From contig JAHJAO010000031.1 in NCBI GenBank assembly GCA_018813905.1, forward strand, positions 5,922 to 69,921: DNA of 64,000 nucleotides. Direction: 5' to 3'. The DNA comes from Candidatus Omnitrophota bacterium. Lineage in GTDB: Bacteria; Omnitrophota; Gorgyraeia; B26-G9. Shown one piece after another: positions 38,781-47,861 of the stretch; positions within the stretch are counted from its first letter, which is position 1, and each line of letters opens with the position of its first letter. The notes under the pieces are model-generated. The model saw only the letters and a list, made by a program, of their open reading frames with translations. It was not told the origin of the DNA and did not search any database. Made by a program: the position numbers and the translations under genes.

Positions 38781-39955
38781 CGCGATATAAGGTTTTGATA
38801 CAGAGCGTTTATGTCATCCACCATTTTTTTTGCGCCAAAATTTTCTCGCGCCAGGCGTTGCCCATTACGGCCGAACTCTCTTGACTTGTTTTTGTCGGTT
38901 AAAAGCTCGATTATGCGATCCGCTAAATCCGCGCTGTCTTGTGGTTTTACCAGATAGCCGCTTGAGCCGTGTTTTACGATATCCCGCGCTCCGTCAATGT
39001 CAAAACAGACGCTGGGCACCCCTAAAAGCTGCGCCTGGACTACGGCGCGGGGTAAACCTTCATGCAGAGATGCGTGTGCGAGAACATCCATCACCTCTAG
39101 ATATCGGGGAACCAGATCCGGCGTTATTAATCCCGCAAAAATCACATTCTTACCTAAGTTAAGCCGAAAAACTTCCTTTTGCAGTTTTTCCTTTAAGATG
39201 CCGTCGCCGACAAAAAGAAATTTGACACCGGGAATTTTTTTTGCAACTCGCACTGCGGCATCAATAAGATACCTGTGCCCTTTCTGGTAAAACAAGCGCG
39301 CGATTGTGCCTACTACCGGCTGATTTTCCCCGATGCCAAGTTTTTTTTTAAACGCATCTTTTTCATGTCCATCCGCGGTGTACTTTTCCAGGTTGATTCC
39401 GCTGAAAATGCGGATAAACTTAGCTGTTGGCGCGATTTTTGCCGAAACCGCGTTATCGATGAGTGTGCCGCTTACGCAAATAATTTTATCGGTAAAGGCG
39501 GCCGCGAACCGTTCGAGCATTATATAGAGGTTATTTAAAACCGGATTTTGATGTTTAAAAAAAGGTAATCCGTGTATGGTATGAATAATCAAAGGCACCC
39601 CGGCTAATTTCGCGGCGCATCGGCCTAAAATTCCCGCTTTTGAACTGTGCGTATGGACAATGTGATAGCCTCCCTTTTTGATAAATAAATAAATGCGTAC
39701 CAGGGCAATCAGATCAATCACCGGATTTATATTCCGGACAAGTTGCGGGAGAACCTTAAAATCTGTAATGTTACGGGCCTCATCCTCAAGACTCCCTTCC
39801 GGGCCGAGGGTTTGTCCGCAAAGCAACCCCGTTTCATAGCTGCCCGTACTGTTTAAACCTCTTAGGGTAATTAAAGTATTTTCCTGCGCCCCTCCAATTA
39901 TCAACCTGGTTATTATATGCAAAACTTTGCATTTATGTGTCGGTTGTGTTTTCAT
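38768..39955 (-). CDS. Glycosyltransferase family 4 (GT1 fold) protein
   Basis: The N-terminal domain carries GGAQ (Rossmann-like GT-B), and EGLP lies in the C-terminal half. Confidence 0.8.
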   Translation of the reverse strand: MKTQPTHKCKVLHIITRLIIGGAQENTLITLRGLNSTGSYETGLLCGQTLGPEGSLEDEARNITDFKVLPQLVRNINPVIDLIALVRIYLFIKKGGYHIVHTHSSKAGILGRCAAKLAGVPLIIHTIHGLPFFKHQNPVLNNLYIMLERFAAAFTDKIICVSGTLIDNAVSAKIAPTAKFIRIFSGINLEKYTADGHEKDAFKKKLGIGENQPVVGTIARLFYQKGHRYLIDAAVRVAKKIPGVKFLFVGDGILKEKLQKEVFRLNLGKNVIFAGLITPDLVPRYLEVMDVLAHASLHEGLPRAVVQAQLLGVPSVCFDIDGARDIVKHGSSGYLVKPQDSADLADRIIELLTDKNKSREFGRNGQRLARENFGAKKMVDDINALYQNLISRCGI

Positions 39956-39964
39956 TAATCCAAA

Positions 39965-40480
39965 TTACTTTTTTCTCAATTCCAAAACATATAGATCACC
40001 GTCTTCCATTAAGATTACGGCCTCTTTCTCGATATCTACTACGGTTTTGCCGGAGATCACATCCCCGATTTTAACAATACGCGAGTTGATTATTGCCGAA
40101 GGCACGTCTTTGTCCATCAGGATGCCGCTTATTTTAAGATTTAATTCCGGCTTTGCCTTAATCTTATCGGTGAGGGCAAGTTCGGTATTTTTTGAAGGCA
40201 AGAAGGGATCACGTATTTTGGCTGATTCCGGTAAAGAGAGAGTTTTTGAAGCTGAAACGGTTACTGCTGTTTTTAGTGCTGCGTCTTCAAGCGGCGGAAC
40301 TATTAAGTTGGTAACCGGATACTGCTTTTTTTGTGAGACGGACCATTTGGTTAAAAAGAAGTTCAAGGCGAAAATGACAATAATCGCCAAAAAGGACAAA
40401 ACAATTTTTTCCGGGGTGGAAAAACGTTTTTTGCCGACCAAAATGTAAATTTTTTTTAAGATTTCTTTTGTCTTTTTCAT
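39965..40480 (-). CDS. PilP-like type IV pilus assembly protein (N-terminal TM anchor, C-terminal beta domain)
   Basis: TM anchor, then a C-terminal segment AIINSRIVKIGDVISGKTVVDIEKEAVIL resembling the PilP beta-sandwich. Its position, after pilO, also fits. Confidence 0.5.
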   Translation of the reverse strand: MKKTKEILKKIYILVGKKRFSTPEKIVLSFLAIIVIFALNFFLTKWSVSQKKQYPVTNLIVPPLEDAALKTAVTVSASKTLSLPESAKIRDPFLPSKNTELALTDKIKAKPELNLKISGILMDKDVPSAIINSRIVKIGDVISGKTVVDIEKEAVILMEDGDLYVLELRKK

Positions 40481-40508
40481 CGCTTAGTGTTTAAGAGTTT
40501 CTTCGGGC

Positions 40509-41075
40509 TCATTTAAATAAAATAGCCAAATTTAAACGCACTGATATATTCGGCCGCTTATTTACGGCAATGCTGAGCAGCTCGGGCATTACCGGCAGTT
40601 CTTTTATCTTTTCAAAAAAAAGGTAAAGGTTTTCAAAGCGCGTGTTGATATCGATTTCTAAAACCATGGTGCCATAAGCTTCTTTGATTTTAAATTCTTT
40701 AGGGCCTAAAGATTTTATTTCGAAATCGGCTTCGTTTGCCAGATGCGTGATTTTCTCCAGCATAAACGAAAAGTTCTCTTTGCTGGGTAGTTTAGCTTCC
40801 GCTTCGGTGATTTTGGCTAAATAGGAGTTTTTTTTGTATTCAATTTTTCTTAAGATCTCACCGATGTTCCTGTCGCCGGGGTATTCGATGGTCTGGATGA
40901 TTTCGATTTTACTGTTTAAATCTTTTAGCTCCTCAAGAAGCGCTTCAGCTTTTTGGGCATGAGATTTGTAAATATAATCGTAATAAAAATTAAAAAACAG
41001 CGCGATAATTCCGACTACGCCTAAAAGCTTATATTTTTTATCAATAGGCGGAAGTTTTATTTTAGGCAGTTCCAT
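40509..41075 (-). CDS. PilO-like type IV pilus biogenesis protein
   Basis: Single N-terminal TM helix plus a coiled-coil. The gene lies directly downstream of pilMN. Confidence 0.55.
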   Translation of the reverse strand: MELPKIKLPPIDKKYKLLGVVGIIALFFNFYYDYIYKSHAQKAEALLEELKDLNSKIEIIQTIEYPGDRNIGEILRKIEYKKNSYLAKITEAEAKLPSKENFSFMLEKITHLANEADFEIKSLGPKEFKIKEAYGTMVLEIDINTRFENLYLFFEKIKELPVMPELLSIAVNKRPNISVRLNLAILFK

Positions 41076-41080
41076 ATAGT

Positions 41081-42679
41081 TTACCTTTTAGAAATTGTAA
41101 TTTTAAAATAGATATTCGCTTCTCCGGCGTCTATTTTTTCTTCCGCGGTTCCGAGAGTGACATTTTTAAAATGCGGGAGCGTTTCCAGTTTTCGCACGAA
41201 TTCTATAGCCAGGATATTAGTTTTAGCCGCGCCGTTTAAGATCAGCGTTTTGTCGTTTTCGTTCAAACTAAAGTTATTCAACCAGACCCCCTCCGGGATG
41301 CTTTCGGTTATGCCTTTTAAAATTTTCAGCCATGATTCCTTGGTATCCTGGATGCTTTTTAAGAAATCCAGTTTTTTGAAGAGTTGCTGTTCGCTTTCCC
41401 AAAGTGTAATCAATTCCTGCTTTTCGCGTTTTTCTTTTGTCAGTTTTTTTTCTAAGTTTATTACCCGCGTGTACAGGAGGAACAGTGTCGCGATAAGCAA
41501 AACCGGGATAATTTTAATAAGCAGAATTTTAAATTGGCGTTTGGTGTCTTTTTTAAATTCGGCCGGCAGAAGATTCGGGCGCTTTGCGTCGCCGCTGGTT
41601 AATGCCGCGCCGATTGCCGCCGCGAAAAAAGCCATAAATTCTTCAAAATTAACAAAAGCAGTCTGGTCAAATAATAATCCGTTGAACGGATTGGCGGTTT
41701 CGGTAAAAATTCCCAATTCCTCGCTGACGAATTTTTCTAAATTTATGAGCCGGGAACCGCCGCCGTAAAACACCATCCGGTCGATTCTATCAATATGGAA
41801 TTGACCTTTATAATAACCGATAGACCGGCTTATCTCCGAGGTCATTTGTTTTAAACTCGCGGCAATCGTTGCGTAATATACCGCGTTATCGCTTAAGCCG
41901 TATTTGATTTTTGCCTGTTCCGCTTCCTCAAAACTAATCCCCGATTCTTTGGCTATTATTTCGGTAATTGTGTCCCCGCCAAAGAATATCTCGCGGGTAA
42001 AACGCAGTACGTTATTGTTGAATATATTTATTTTGGTCGTTTTGGCGCCGATATCAATCAGGGCAATAGTATCTTCTTCTTTCCAGAGATTGGATTTCTG
42101 AAAAACATTCCAGAGGCAGAACGGTTCCATGGTTATTTCTTTTATGTTTAACCGGTTGCGGGCGTAAAAATGCATGGATTCCTTTATTTCTTCGGTCTTA
42201 GCGCTGATCACCTCCAGCTCCACATTTTTAGCGCCGGCGCGGATTATTTCGCCGCAAACCAGAAAATCAATAGTGGCTTCTTCTATCGGATAACTGATAT
42301 TTTGCTCCATCTCCCACTTCACCGATTCTTTAAGTTCGTTGTCCGGCATTAACGGCAGAGACAGGTTTTTAATGTTTAATGAAGGAGTCTTAATTATCGC
42401 GCACACGTTGTTTGATGCGCTTGTTTTTAATTGAGTATAGGCGTTTTTTAATGCGGCATTAATATTTTTTTGCAAGGTGCCGGCTGCTTCATCTCCCTCT
42501 TGTTTTTGGACCTCGGCGATACCGATACTTAAAAGCCGAGTGCCGATCGGCGCCTCTTTTAAAACGACCACCTTGATAAATCTGGTACCGACATCAATGC
42601 CCACAAGCTTTGCTCCGGGCTCAAAGATGTTGATTTCTTTATCTAATTTGCTGGTGATCTGTTTTATTTTAATATTCAT
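41081..42679 (-). CDS. PilM-PilN fusion protein (actin-like ATPase domain fused to PilN membrane domain)
   Basis: PilM-type N-terminus LVGIDVGTRFIKVVVL, the internal TM segment ILLIKIIPVLLIATLFLLY, and a PilN-like C-terminus. Confidence 0.8.
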   Translation of the reverse strand: MNIKIKQITSKLDKEINIFEPGAKLVGIDVGTRFIKVVVLKEAPIGTRLLSIGIAEVQKQEGDEAAGTLQKNINAALKNAYTQLKTSASNNVCAIIKTPSLNIKNLSLPLMPDNELKESVKWEMEQNISYPIEEATIDFLVCGEIIRAGAKNVELEVISAKTEEIKESMHFYARNRLNIKEITMEPFCLWNVFQKSNLWKEEDTIALIDIGAKTTKINIFNNNVLRFTREIFFGGDTITEIIAKESGISFEEAEQAKIKYGLSDNAVYYATIAASLKQMTSEISRSIGYYKGQFHIDRIDRMVFYGGGSRLINLEKFVSEELGIFTETANPFNGLLFDQTAFVNFEEFMAFFAAAIGAALTSGDAKRPNLLPAEFKKDTKRQFKILLIKIIPVLLIATLFLLYTRVINLEKKLTKEKREKQELITLWESEQQLFKKLDFLKSIQDTKESWLKILKGITESIPEGVWLNNFSLNENDKTLILNGAAKTNILAIEFVRKLETLPHFKNVTLGTAEEKIDAGEANIYFKITISKR

Positions 42680-42699
42680 TTTTTATAATTGGCCAACCT

Positions 42700-43137
42700 T
42701 TAAGAGCTGCTGATTTTAGATAAGCCCGTAGTTGAGAAAACGTTTATCGTTAATGAATCGGAAGAGCTATTGCTGCGAATAGTAATCACGGACGATACAT
42801 CGGTGTCTCCTCGCGGTGAAAAAGAGGTATCCGTTGCTCCCGTTATATTATTATCCAGGCTTACCGTGGTAATCGTCCCGATAAGCGAGCCTGTGGCCGG
42901 GTCTCTTTTTTCTATGGTGTAAGTATCCGCGTTTACATCAAAATCGAATTTATAGTTAAAATGTTCGACTACAGCCAGTTCGCGGTAGGAGCGCAGGTTC
43001 GAAAGCAGTATCCAGCCGTCCTTTTTTAAAGAAGAATAATCAATATACGAACGAAATACAGGCAGGCCCAAAAACGCGAAAACCGCAATCACCGAGAGAA
43101 CAATAAGTAATTCTATCAGGCTAAATCCGCTTAGCAT
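42700..43137 (-). CDS. Type IV pilin (prepilin-type N-terminal cleavage/methylation domain), likely major pilin
   Basis: The class III signal MLSG|FSLIELLIVLSVIAVFA has Glu at +5. The start is chosen at the internal Met; the ORF extension upstream is probably untranslated. Confidence 0.75.
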   Translation of the reverse strand: MLSGFSLIELLIVLSVIAVFAFLGLPVFRSYIDYSSLKKDGWILLSNLRSYRELAVVEHFNYKFDFDVNADTYTIEKRDPATGSLIGTITTVSLDNNITGATDTSFSPRGDTDVSSVITIRSNSSSDSLTINVFSTTGLSKISSS

Positions 43138-43328
43138 CTTCCCCCGATACCGGCGCGCAGGTCCTTTTAAAAAATGATTTAACATATTTATGCAAAAGGA
43201 GTTTCGACTCTTTTTTGTTAATTTTAACATTATCAAAAATTATAGTCAAGGAAAGTTTTAGTTTGTTATGAGCTTGACACGCCGGTAAAGCAATGATAAA
43301 ATTAAATCGTATTTTATTTTTATAACTT

Positions 43329-43832
43329 ATGCAGAATAAGGGATTTACATATTTAGAAGTTTTGCTGGGCGTGATGCTGTTGGGGTTAATTTTAATTCCG
43401 CTGTTGTCTCAGTTCTATATCGGGTTCCAGGGCAATAAAAATGCGACACTGGTAACCCAGTCCGTGGATTTAGCAAGTGACCTGATGGAAGAAATCAAGT
43501 CCCGCCGTTTTGATGAAAACGAGTTTCCGGATGATCCGGTTCCGGCTGTAAGCCTCGGTACAGATGCGGGAGAAAATGCAACCGATCGGACTACTTTTGA
43601 CGATATTGATGATTATAACGGCTGGCAGTCTTGCCCACCAAAGACAATTGATGGCAATGCCCTCACCGACTTCTCTGATTTTACCAGGAAAGTAACCGTA
43701 ACTTATGTAATACTAAGCGGCTCGAATTGGGTCGCCTCCGGCACGGCTACTCATTATAAAGAAATTAATGTAACTGTCACGCATCCAGATGTTAACGATA
43801 GGGTTTTAGAAACTATCGTTTCCCATTATTAA
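43329..43832 (+). CDS. Prepilin-type pseudopilin / minor pilin
   Basis: MQNKG|FTYLEVLLGVMLLGLIL with Glu at +5. Confidence 0.7.
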   Translation: MQNKGFTYLEVLLGVMLLGLILIPLLSQFYIGFQGNKNATLVTQSVDLASDLMEEIKSRRFDENEFPDDPVPAVSLGTDAGENATDRTTFDDIDDYNGWQSCPPKTIDGNALTDFSDFTRKVTVTYVILSGSNWVASGTATHYKEINVTVTHPDVNDRVLETIVSHY

Positions 43833-43837
43833 ACTTT

Positions 43838-44398
43838 ATGCTAAAAAAGATATCCGCCCGCAGCGCTCATAAAGAGTCCGGATTAAGCCTGGTTGAGGTT
43901 CTGATCACTATTGCGATCCTGGCCGTAGTCCTGTTTCCTATTTATGAATTTTTAAGGCAAGGGGCGTTGTCCTGGCAGATTGGTGAAAATAAAACCGAAG
44001 TTACGCAGAATGCGCGTATTGGCCTGGATAAGATGTGTAACGAGATAAAACATGCCCGTGCATTTTACACGCTAGGCTCTTCCCAAGTCCGATTCTGGTG
44101 GAAAGATTTAAACGATGATGAACTCGCCGATGCGAACGAAATCATTACCTATAACTGGAGCGGGACTTCCGGTGACGATTTAACCCGGAAGTTTGATGCG
44201 GAAGCCGAAGCTACTCCCCTGGCCAATTATGTGGATAGCTTCGAATTTAAATACTATGATATTCTGAGCGCCGAAACAGCCGCTCTTGACGCTGTGCATT
44301 TTATAACCGCGACGTTGCGGATTAAAAAAACCGCGCAGGAGTTTGATTATACGGCGATAATGCGTAAAGCCGTATACCCGAGAAATATGAATATTTGA
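43838..44398 (+). CDS. Prepilin-type pseudopilin / minor pilin
   Basis: ...ESG|LSLVEVLITIAILAVVL with Glu at +5. Confidence 0.7.
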   Translation: MLKKISARSAHKESGLSLVEVLITIAILAVVLFPIYEFLRQGALSWQIGENKTEVTQNARIGLDKMCNEIKHARAFYTLGSSQVRFWWKDLNDDELADANEIITYNWSGTSGDDLTRKFDAEAEATPLANYVDSFEFKYYDILSAETAALDAVHFITATLRIKKTAQEFDYTAIMRKAVYPRNMNI

Positions 44399-44401
44399 AC
44401 T

Positions 44402-46243
44402 ATGAATACAAGACAAAAAAATAAAGGAATCGTTTTACTGCTTGTCTTAATCGTAATAATGGTTTTATCGCTTTTGGGAACGGCTTATTTGGGTTCGATC
44501 CTTTCAGAGAGCGGTATTGCGCGCAACCAGGAAAACAGCGAAAAGGCGTTTTTTATCGCGGAAGCTGGCATTAACCGCGGTTTAAAACATATAATGGATT
44601 ATCCGGATATCTCGCTTTTACCTTGGATGGTTACCGAAAACATGACCGCCGGCCATTATATCGTAACCGCAGCCGAAGCCCCGGATATCGGGGAAGGTTA
44701 TGTGCGCATTACCTCTGTGGGTTACGTGGATAATGTCAGCCGAATATCGGAGATCGTTGTTTTTATGAATGCCTGGACACATGCTTTGATGTCCAATACG
44801 GATATTACTTATTCCGAGACGTCCAGCGGTTATGTCAATGGCGATGTGCATGCGAACGGTTCTGTAGCCGGGATTGCCGCAACATCCGGACTGGATTATG
44901 TGGCCGGTTCGCGCGACGCGCGGGGTGATGATGCCCGGTTTGAAATAAAAAACAATACGGGATTTGATGTTACACTTACGGCCCTGACCGCGACCTGGAC
45001 ATCCCCCACGGCTTATTATGAGACAATCAATCTGGACGTGAATCCGGGGACTAATTACGGTAATGTTTGGAGATATCAGCAGGCCGGAAATGTTCGTGCG
45101 GGAAGCGGAGATAAATCCGTATTTAACCAGGGAAAAACCGTAATTGTCCCGGCAAACAGTATTGTTATTGTGGATATCCTGAATTTCCGTACGAATCAAA
45201 CCGGAGGCGGCGGCGCTCAGCAAAACATGGATAATACCCGTTTTACCATCACGACCTGGGCGGGAAGTATTTTTCATACCGCAAGTGTTCCTTTAGAAGG
45301 AGAAGGCGCAGAAGTGGTGATTACAGGTAAAATCACCCAGGGAGCATTAGGCGATCCGCTGATTAAAATGCCTTTGGTTGTGCCGGAAAGGTATTATGCG
45401 GACCGGACTTTTTATTATGACGGAGATTATGTGTTTAACGGCATTGAAGGGCAAGCTAGTTCTTATCGGGACGAAGGGTTTTATGTTACCGGAAAAGTTA
45501 TTTTAGATAACAGCTTTACTAATATGACCTTTAATTATTGCAGCATTTTTGCCGAAGACGGAATTGAAATCGGGCCGCAGCGCAATGGCACTTTTGATTA
45601 TGTACTCGATTCTACCGTGGGCCGGCAAAAAGATATCGCGTTCCAAATGAAAAATGAATCCGGGCAGTCGCTCAGCGTCTCTTCGGTTTCTTTTACCTGG
45701 GACGGAGACAATAATAACCGCTATCAGTCCATTGATGCCGCGGTTAGCGGCGGAACTGATTATGGCACGGTCTGGAACGGAAATGCTTCTAAGAATACAA
45801 TAGTAAACTTTTCTTCCGCGATAGTTGTTCCGGTTGCAGCCACTGTGAACTTTACCGTGCATTTCAGCAGGAATACCGCTTATTCTTTCCTAAGCCGGTT
45901 TTTTGCGAGTAGTATTGAATACGCTTCTGCAATCGTGGAAGAAGGCAGGCTTCCTAACCTTGTGTTCCAAGGCCGGCGTGAATATGCCGCGCTCTCTACT
46001 CAGGAAGGGGATATTTTGGAGTACGGGACAAAAGACAAAGGCGATATGCAGATGCAGGGTATAATCTATTCTCAGGAAGGGACGGTGGAGTTTAATAACA
46101 TTACTTTAGACGGCGCGATTGTCGCCAACCGCATCAATCTGATTAAGGATTTTGATATCGAATACAAAAGCCGCTATGTCCCCAATCCCCCGCCCGAATA
46201 CATCGCGGGGCTTTCAATCCTTGACTGGCAGGAAAATTATTAA
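44402..46243 (+). CDS. PilX-N-terminal-domain-like large minor pilin / pilus tip protein with an internally duplicated domain
   Basis: The N-terminal hydrophobic helix (KGIVLLLVLIVIMVLSLLG, no Glu at +5) is PilX-like. Two internal repeats of about 90 aa are present (..TW..Y..I..DV..GT.YG.VW...). Confidence 0.6.
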   Translation: MNTRQKNKGIVLLLVLIVIMVLSLLGTAYLGSILSESGIARNQENSEKAFFIAEAGINRGLKHIMDYPDISLLPWMVTENMTAGHYIVTAAEAPDIGEGYVRITSVGYVDNVSRISEIVVFMNAWTHALMSNTDITYSETSSGYVNGDVHANGSVAGIAATSGLDYVAGSRDARGDDARFEIKNNTGFDVTLTALTATWTSPTAYYETINLDVNPGTNYGNVWRYQQAGNVRAGSGDKSVFNQGKTVIVPANSIVIVDILNFRTNQTGGGGAQQNMDNTRFTITTWAGSIFHTASVPLEGEGAEVVITGKITQGALGDPLIKMPLVVPERYYADRTFYYDGDYVFNGIEGQASSYRDEGFYVTGKVILDNSFTNMTFNYCSIFAEDGIEIGPQRNGTFDYVLDSTVGRQKDIAFQMKNESGQSLSVSSVSFTWDGDNNNRYQSIDAAVSGGTDYGTVWNGNASKNTIVNFSSAIVVPVAATVNFTVHFSRNTAYSFLSRFFASSIEYASAIVEEGRLPNLVFQGRREYAALSTQEGDILEYGTKDKGDMQMQGIIYSQEGTVEFNNITLDGAIVANRINLIKDFDIEYKSRYVPNPPPEYIAGLSILDWQENY

Positions 46244-46246
46244 CTT

Positions 46247-47851
46247 ATGGAATTCGCACAGCTTATTACCCGAATGTTTAAACTTCGCGCCTCCACCGTG
46301 CATATTGCCGCGGGCATATCTCCCCTGTTTAATATCCACGGGCGCCTGGTGAAAAGCGATATCGCCCCTTTCGATAGCGGAACAATAAAACAGCTCTCTT
46401 CGGCTTTGATGAATAAAGAGCTTCTGGACAGATTTAAAAAAAATAACGCCGTAAATTTTATCTGCCAATATGAAAATATCGGCAGATTCCGGGTGAGTTT
46501 TTTTCGGCAACGGGGAGATATTTCCGGCGTTATAAAAAGTATGCCGGAATCTATTCCTTCGTTTGAAGAATTGAACCTGCCGCAGATTATAAAAGATAAA
46601 GTTCTTCGGCTGCGCAGCGGCTTAGTCGTCATTACCGGCCCTTCCGGATGCGGCAAGTCCACGACCCTTGCGGTTATCCTCAATCTTATCAACACGCAGC
46701 GGCCCTGCCACATTGTAACCCTGGAAGACCCGATCGAGTATTTCTTTGAGCACAAAATGGCTTTAATATCCCAGCGTGAAATCGGGTTGGATACGCATAG
46801 TTACCCAAAGGCGATTCGCGAAGCTACGCGCCAGGATGCGGATATTATCATGATCGGCGAGATGAGGGATATGGAAACCATTGATGTGGCAATGAGTGCG
46901 GCGGAATCCGGCTGCCTGGTTTTGGCGACGATGCCGACCGCGGATAGTGTGCAGACAATCTATCGCATTGTTACTTCTTTCCCCTCGGAAAAACAGCAGC
47001 AGGTCTATGTGCAAATGGCGGAAACTTTACAAATGGTAATATCGCAACAGCTGGTTATGCATAGTGACGGCAAATCCCGCGTGCCGGCGGTGGAAGTAAT
47101 GGTAGTTAGCGAAGCGGTAAGAAACCTGATTCGGAACCGCAACATACACCAGATACCTTCCGCGATAGAAAGCGGCAATACTTCCGGCATGCAGTCGCTT
47201 GATCAGGCCTTGCACGCGCTTTATGAAAAACATATGATTTCTGAACTCGAAGTCATAACCAAGTCCGTTACGCCCGTACAAGCCACAAGACACATAAGCC
47301 GGGTGTCTATCCCCCCACCCGAAAATATTTCCGGACCAGGGTTTTTGGATGTGGGCGAAGAGATAATGCCTATTGATAAAAAGATGATAAAATATAAAGC
47401 TAACTTAACCACGGGCCAGGAGGGGTATTGGACGTCATCTTTGCCGGTGGTGTTTAATAATGAAGGTATGGTTTTGTCGGTTGCTCCGGGATTACATGTC
47501 GAACGCATCTATGTTTCCGATTTTAATATTGTCGGAAAAAAAACGGTTTCGTTTGAACTGGCCAGAAAACTGCTTTTAAGATTCAAGCTGGAATTGGACG
47601 AAAGCGATGCGCTAAAAAATGTGGACGAGCTTTGTTGTCTAGAGGTAAAGATATTTACCCAGCCGGAGACAGCTCAAGCGGCGAGTTATAATAAAATAAA
47701 TCTTAAATTCCCCTTACAATTAAATGAAAAATGGCATACTTGGGTTATTAATATTCCCCAACAAGCTCAGGGCAAAATGTTGAAAATCAGCATGTTCGAG
47801 TTCCCGAACTTCTTGACAAGGGTTTTGATAAGCGATATCATATTTTTCTAA
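46247..47851 (+). CDS. PilT/PilU-family ATPase with ~190-aa C-terminal extension of unknown function
   Basis: Walker A GPSGCGKSTT plus an Asp box and His box in the first ~345 aa. The remaining C-terminus has no recognised motifs. Confidence 0.8.
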   Translation: MEFAQLITRMFKLRASTVHIAAGISPLFNIHGRLVKSDIAPFDSGTIKQLSSALMNKELLDRFKKNNAVNFICQYENIGRFRVSFFRQRGDISGVIKSMPESIPSFEELNLPQIIKDKVLRLRSGLVVITGPSGCGKSTTLAVILNLINTQRPCHIVTLEDPIEYFFEHKMALISQREIGLDTHSYPKAIREATRQDADIIMIGEMRDMETIDVAMSAAESGCLVLATMPTADSVQTIYRIVTSFPSEKQQQVYVQMAETLQMVISQQLVMHSDGKSRVPAVEVMVVSEAVRNLIRNRNIHQIPSAIESGNTSGMQSLDQALHALYEKHMISELEVITKSVTPVQATRHISRVSIPPPENISGPGFLDVGEEIMPIDKKMIKYKANLTTGQEGYWTSSLPVVFNNEGMVLSVAPGLHVERIYVSDFNIVGKKTVSFELARKLLLRFKLELDESDALKNVDELCCLEVKIFTQPETAQAASYNKINLKFPLQLNEKWHTWVINIPQQAQGKMLKISMFEFPNFLTRVLISDIIFF

Positions 47852-47861
47852 GAGGACGCTT

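Noticed and set aside
43237-43328. Sigma54 (-24 GG / -12 GC) promoter for the divergent pilin operons
   Set aside because: The nearest matches (TGACAC..., TGCTTTACC) lack the invariant GG/GC dinucleotides at correct spacing.
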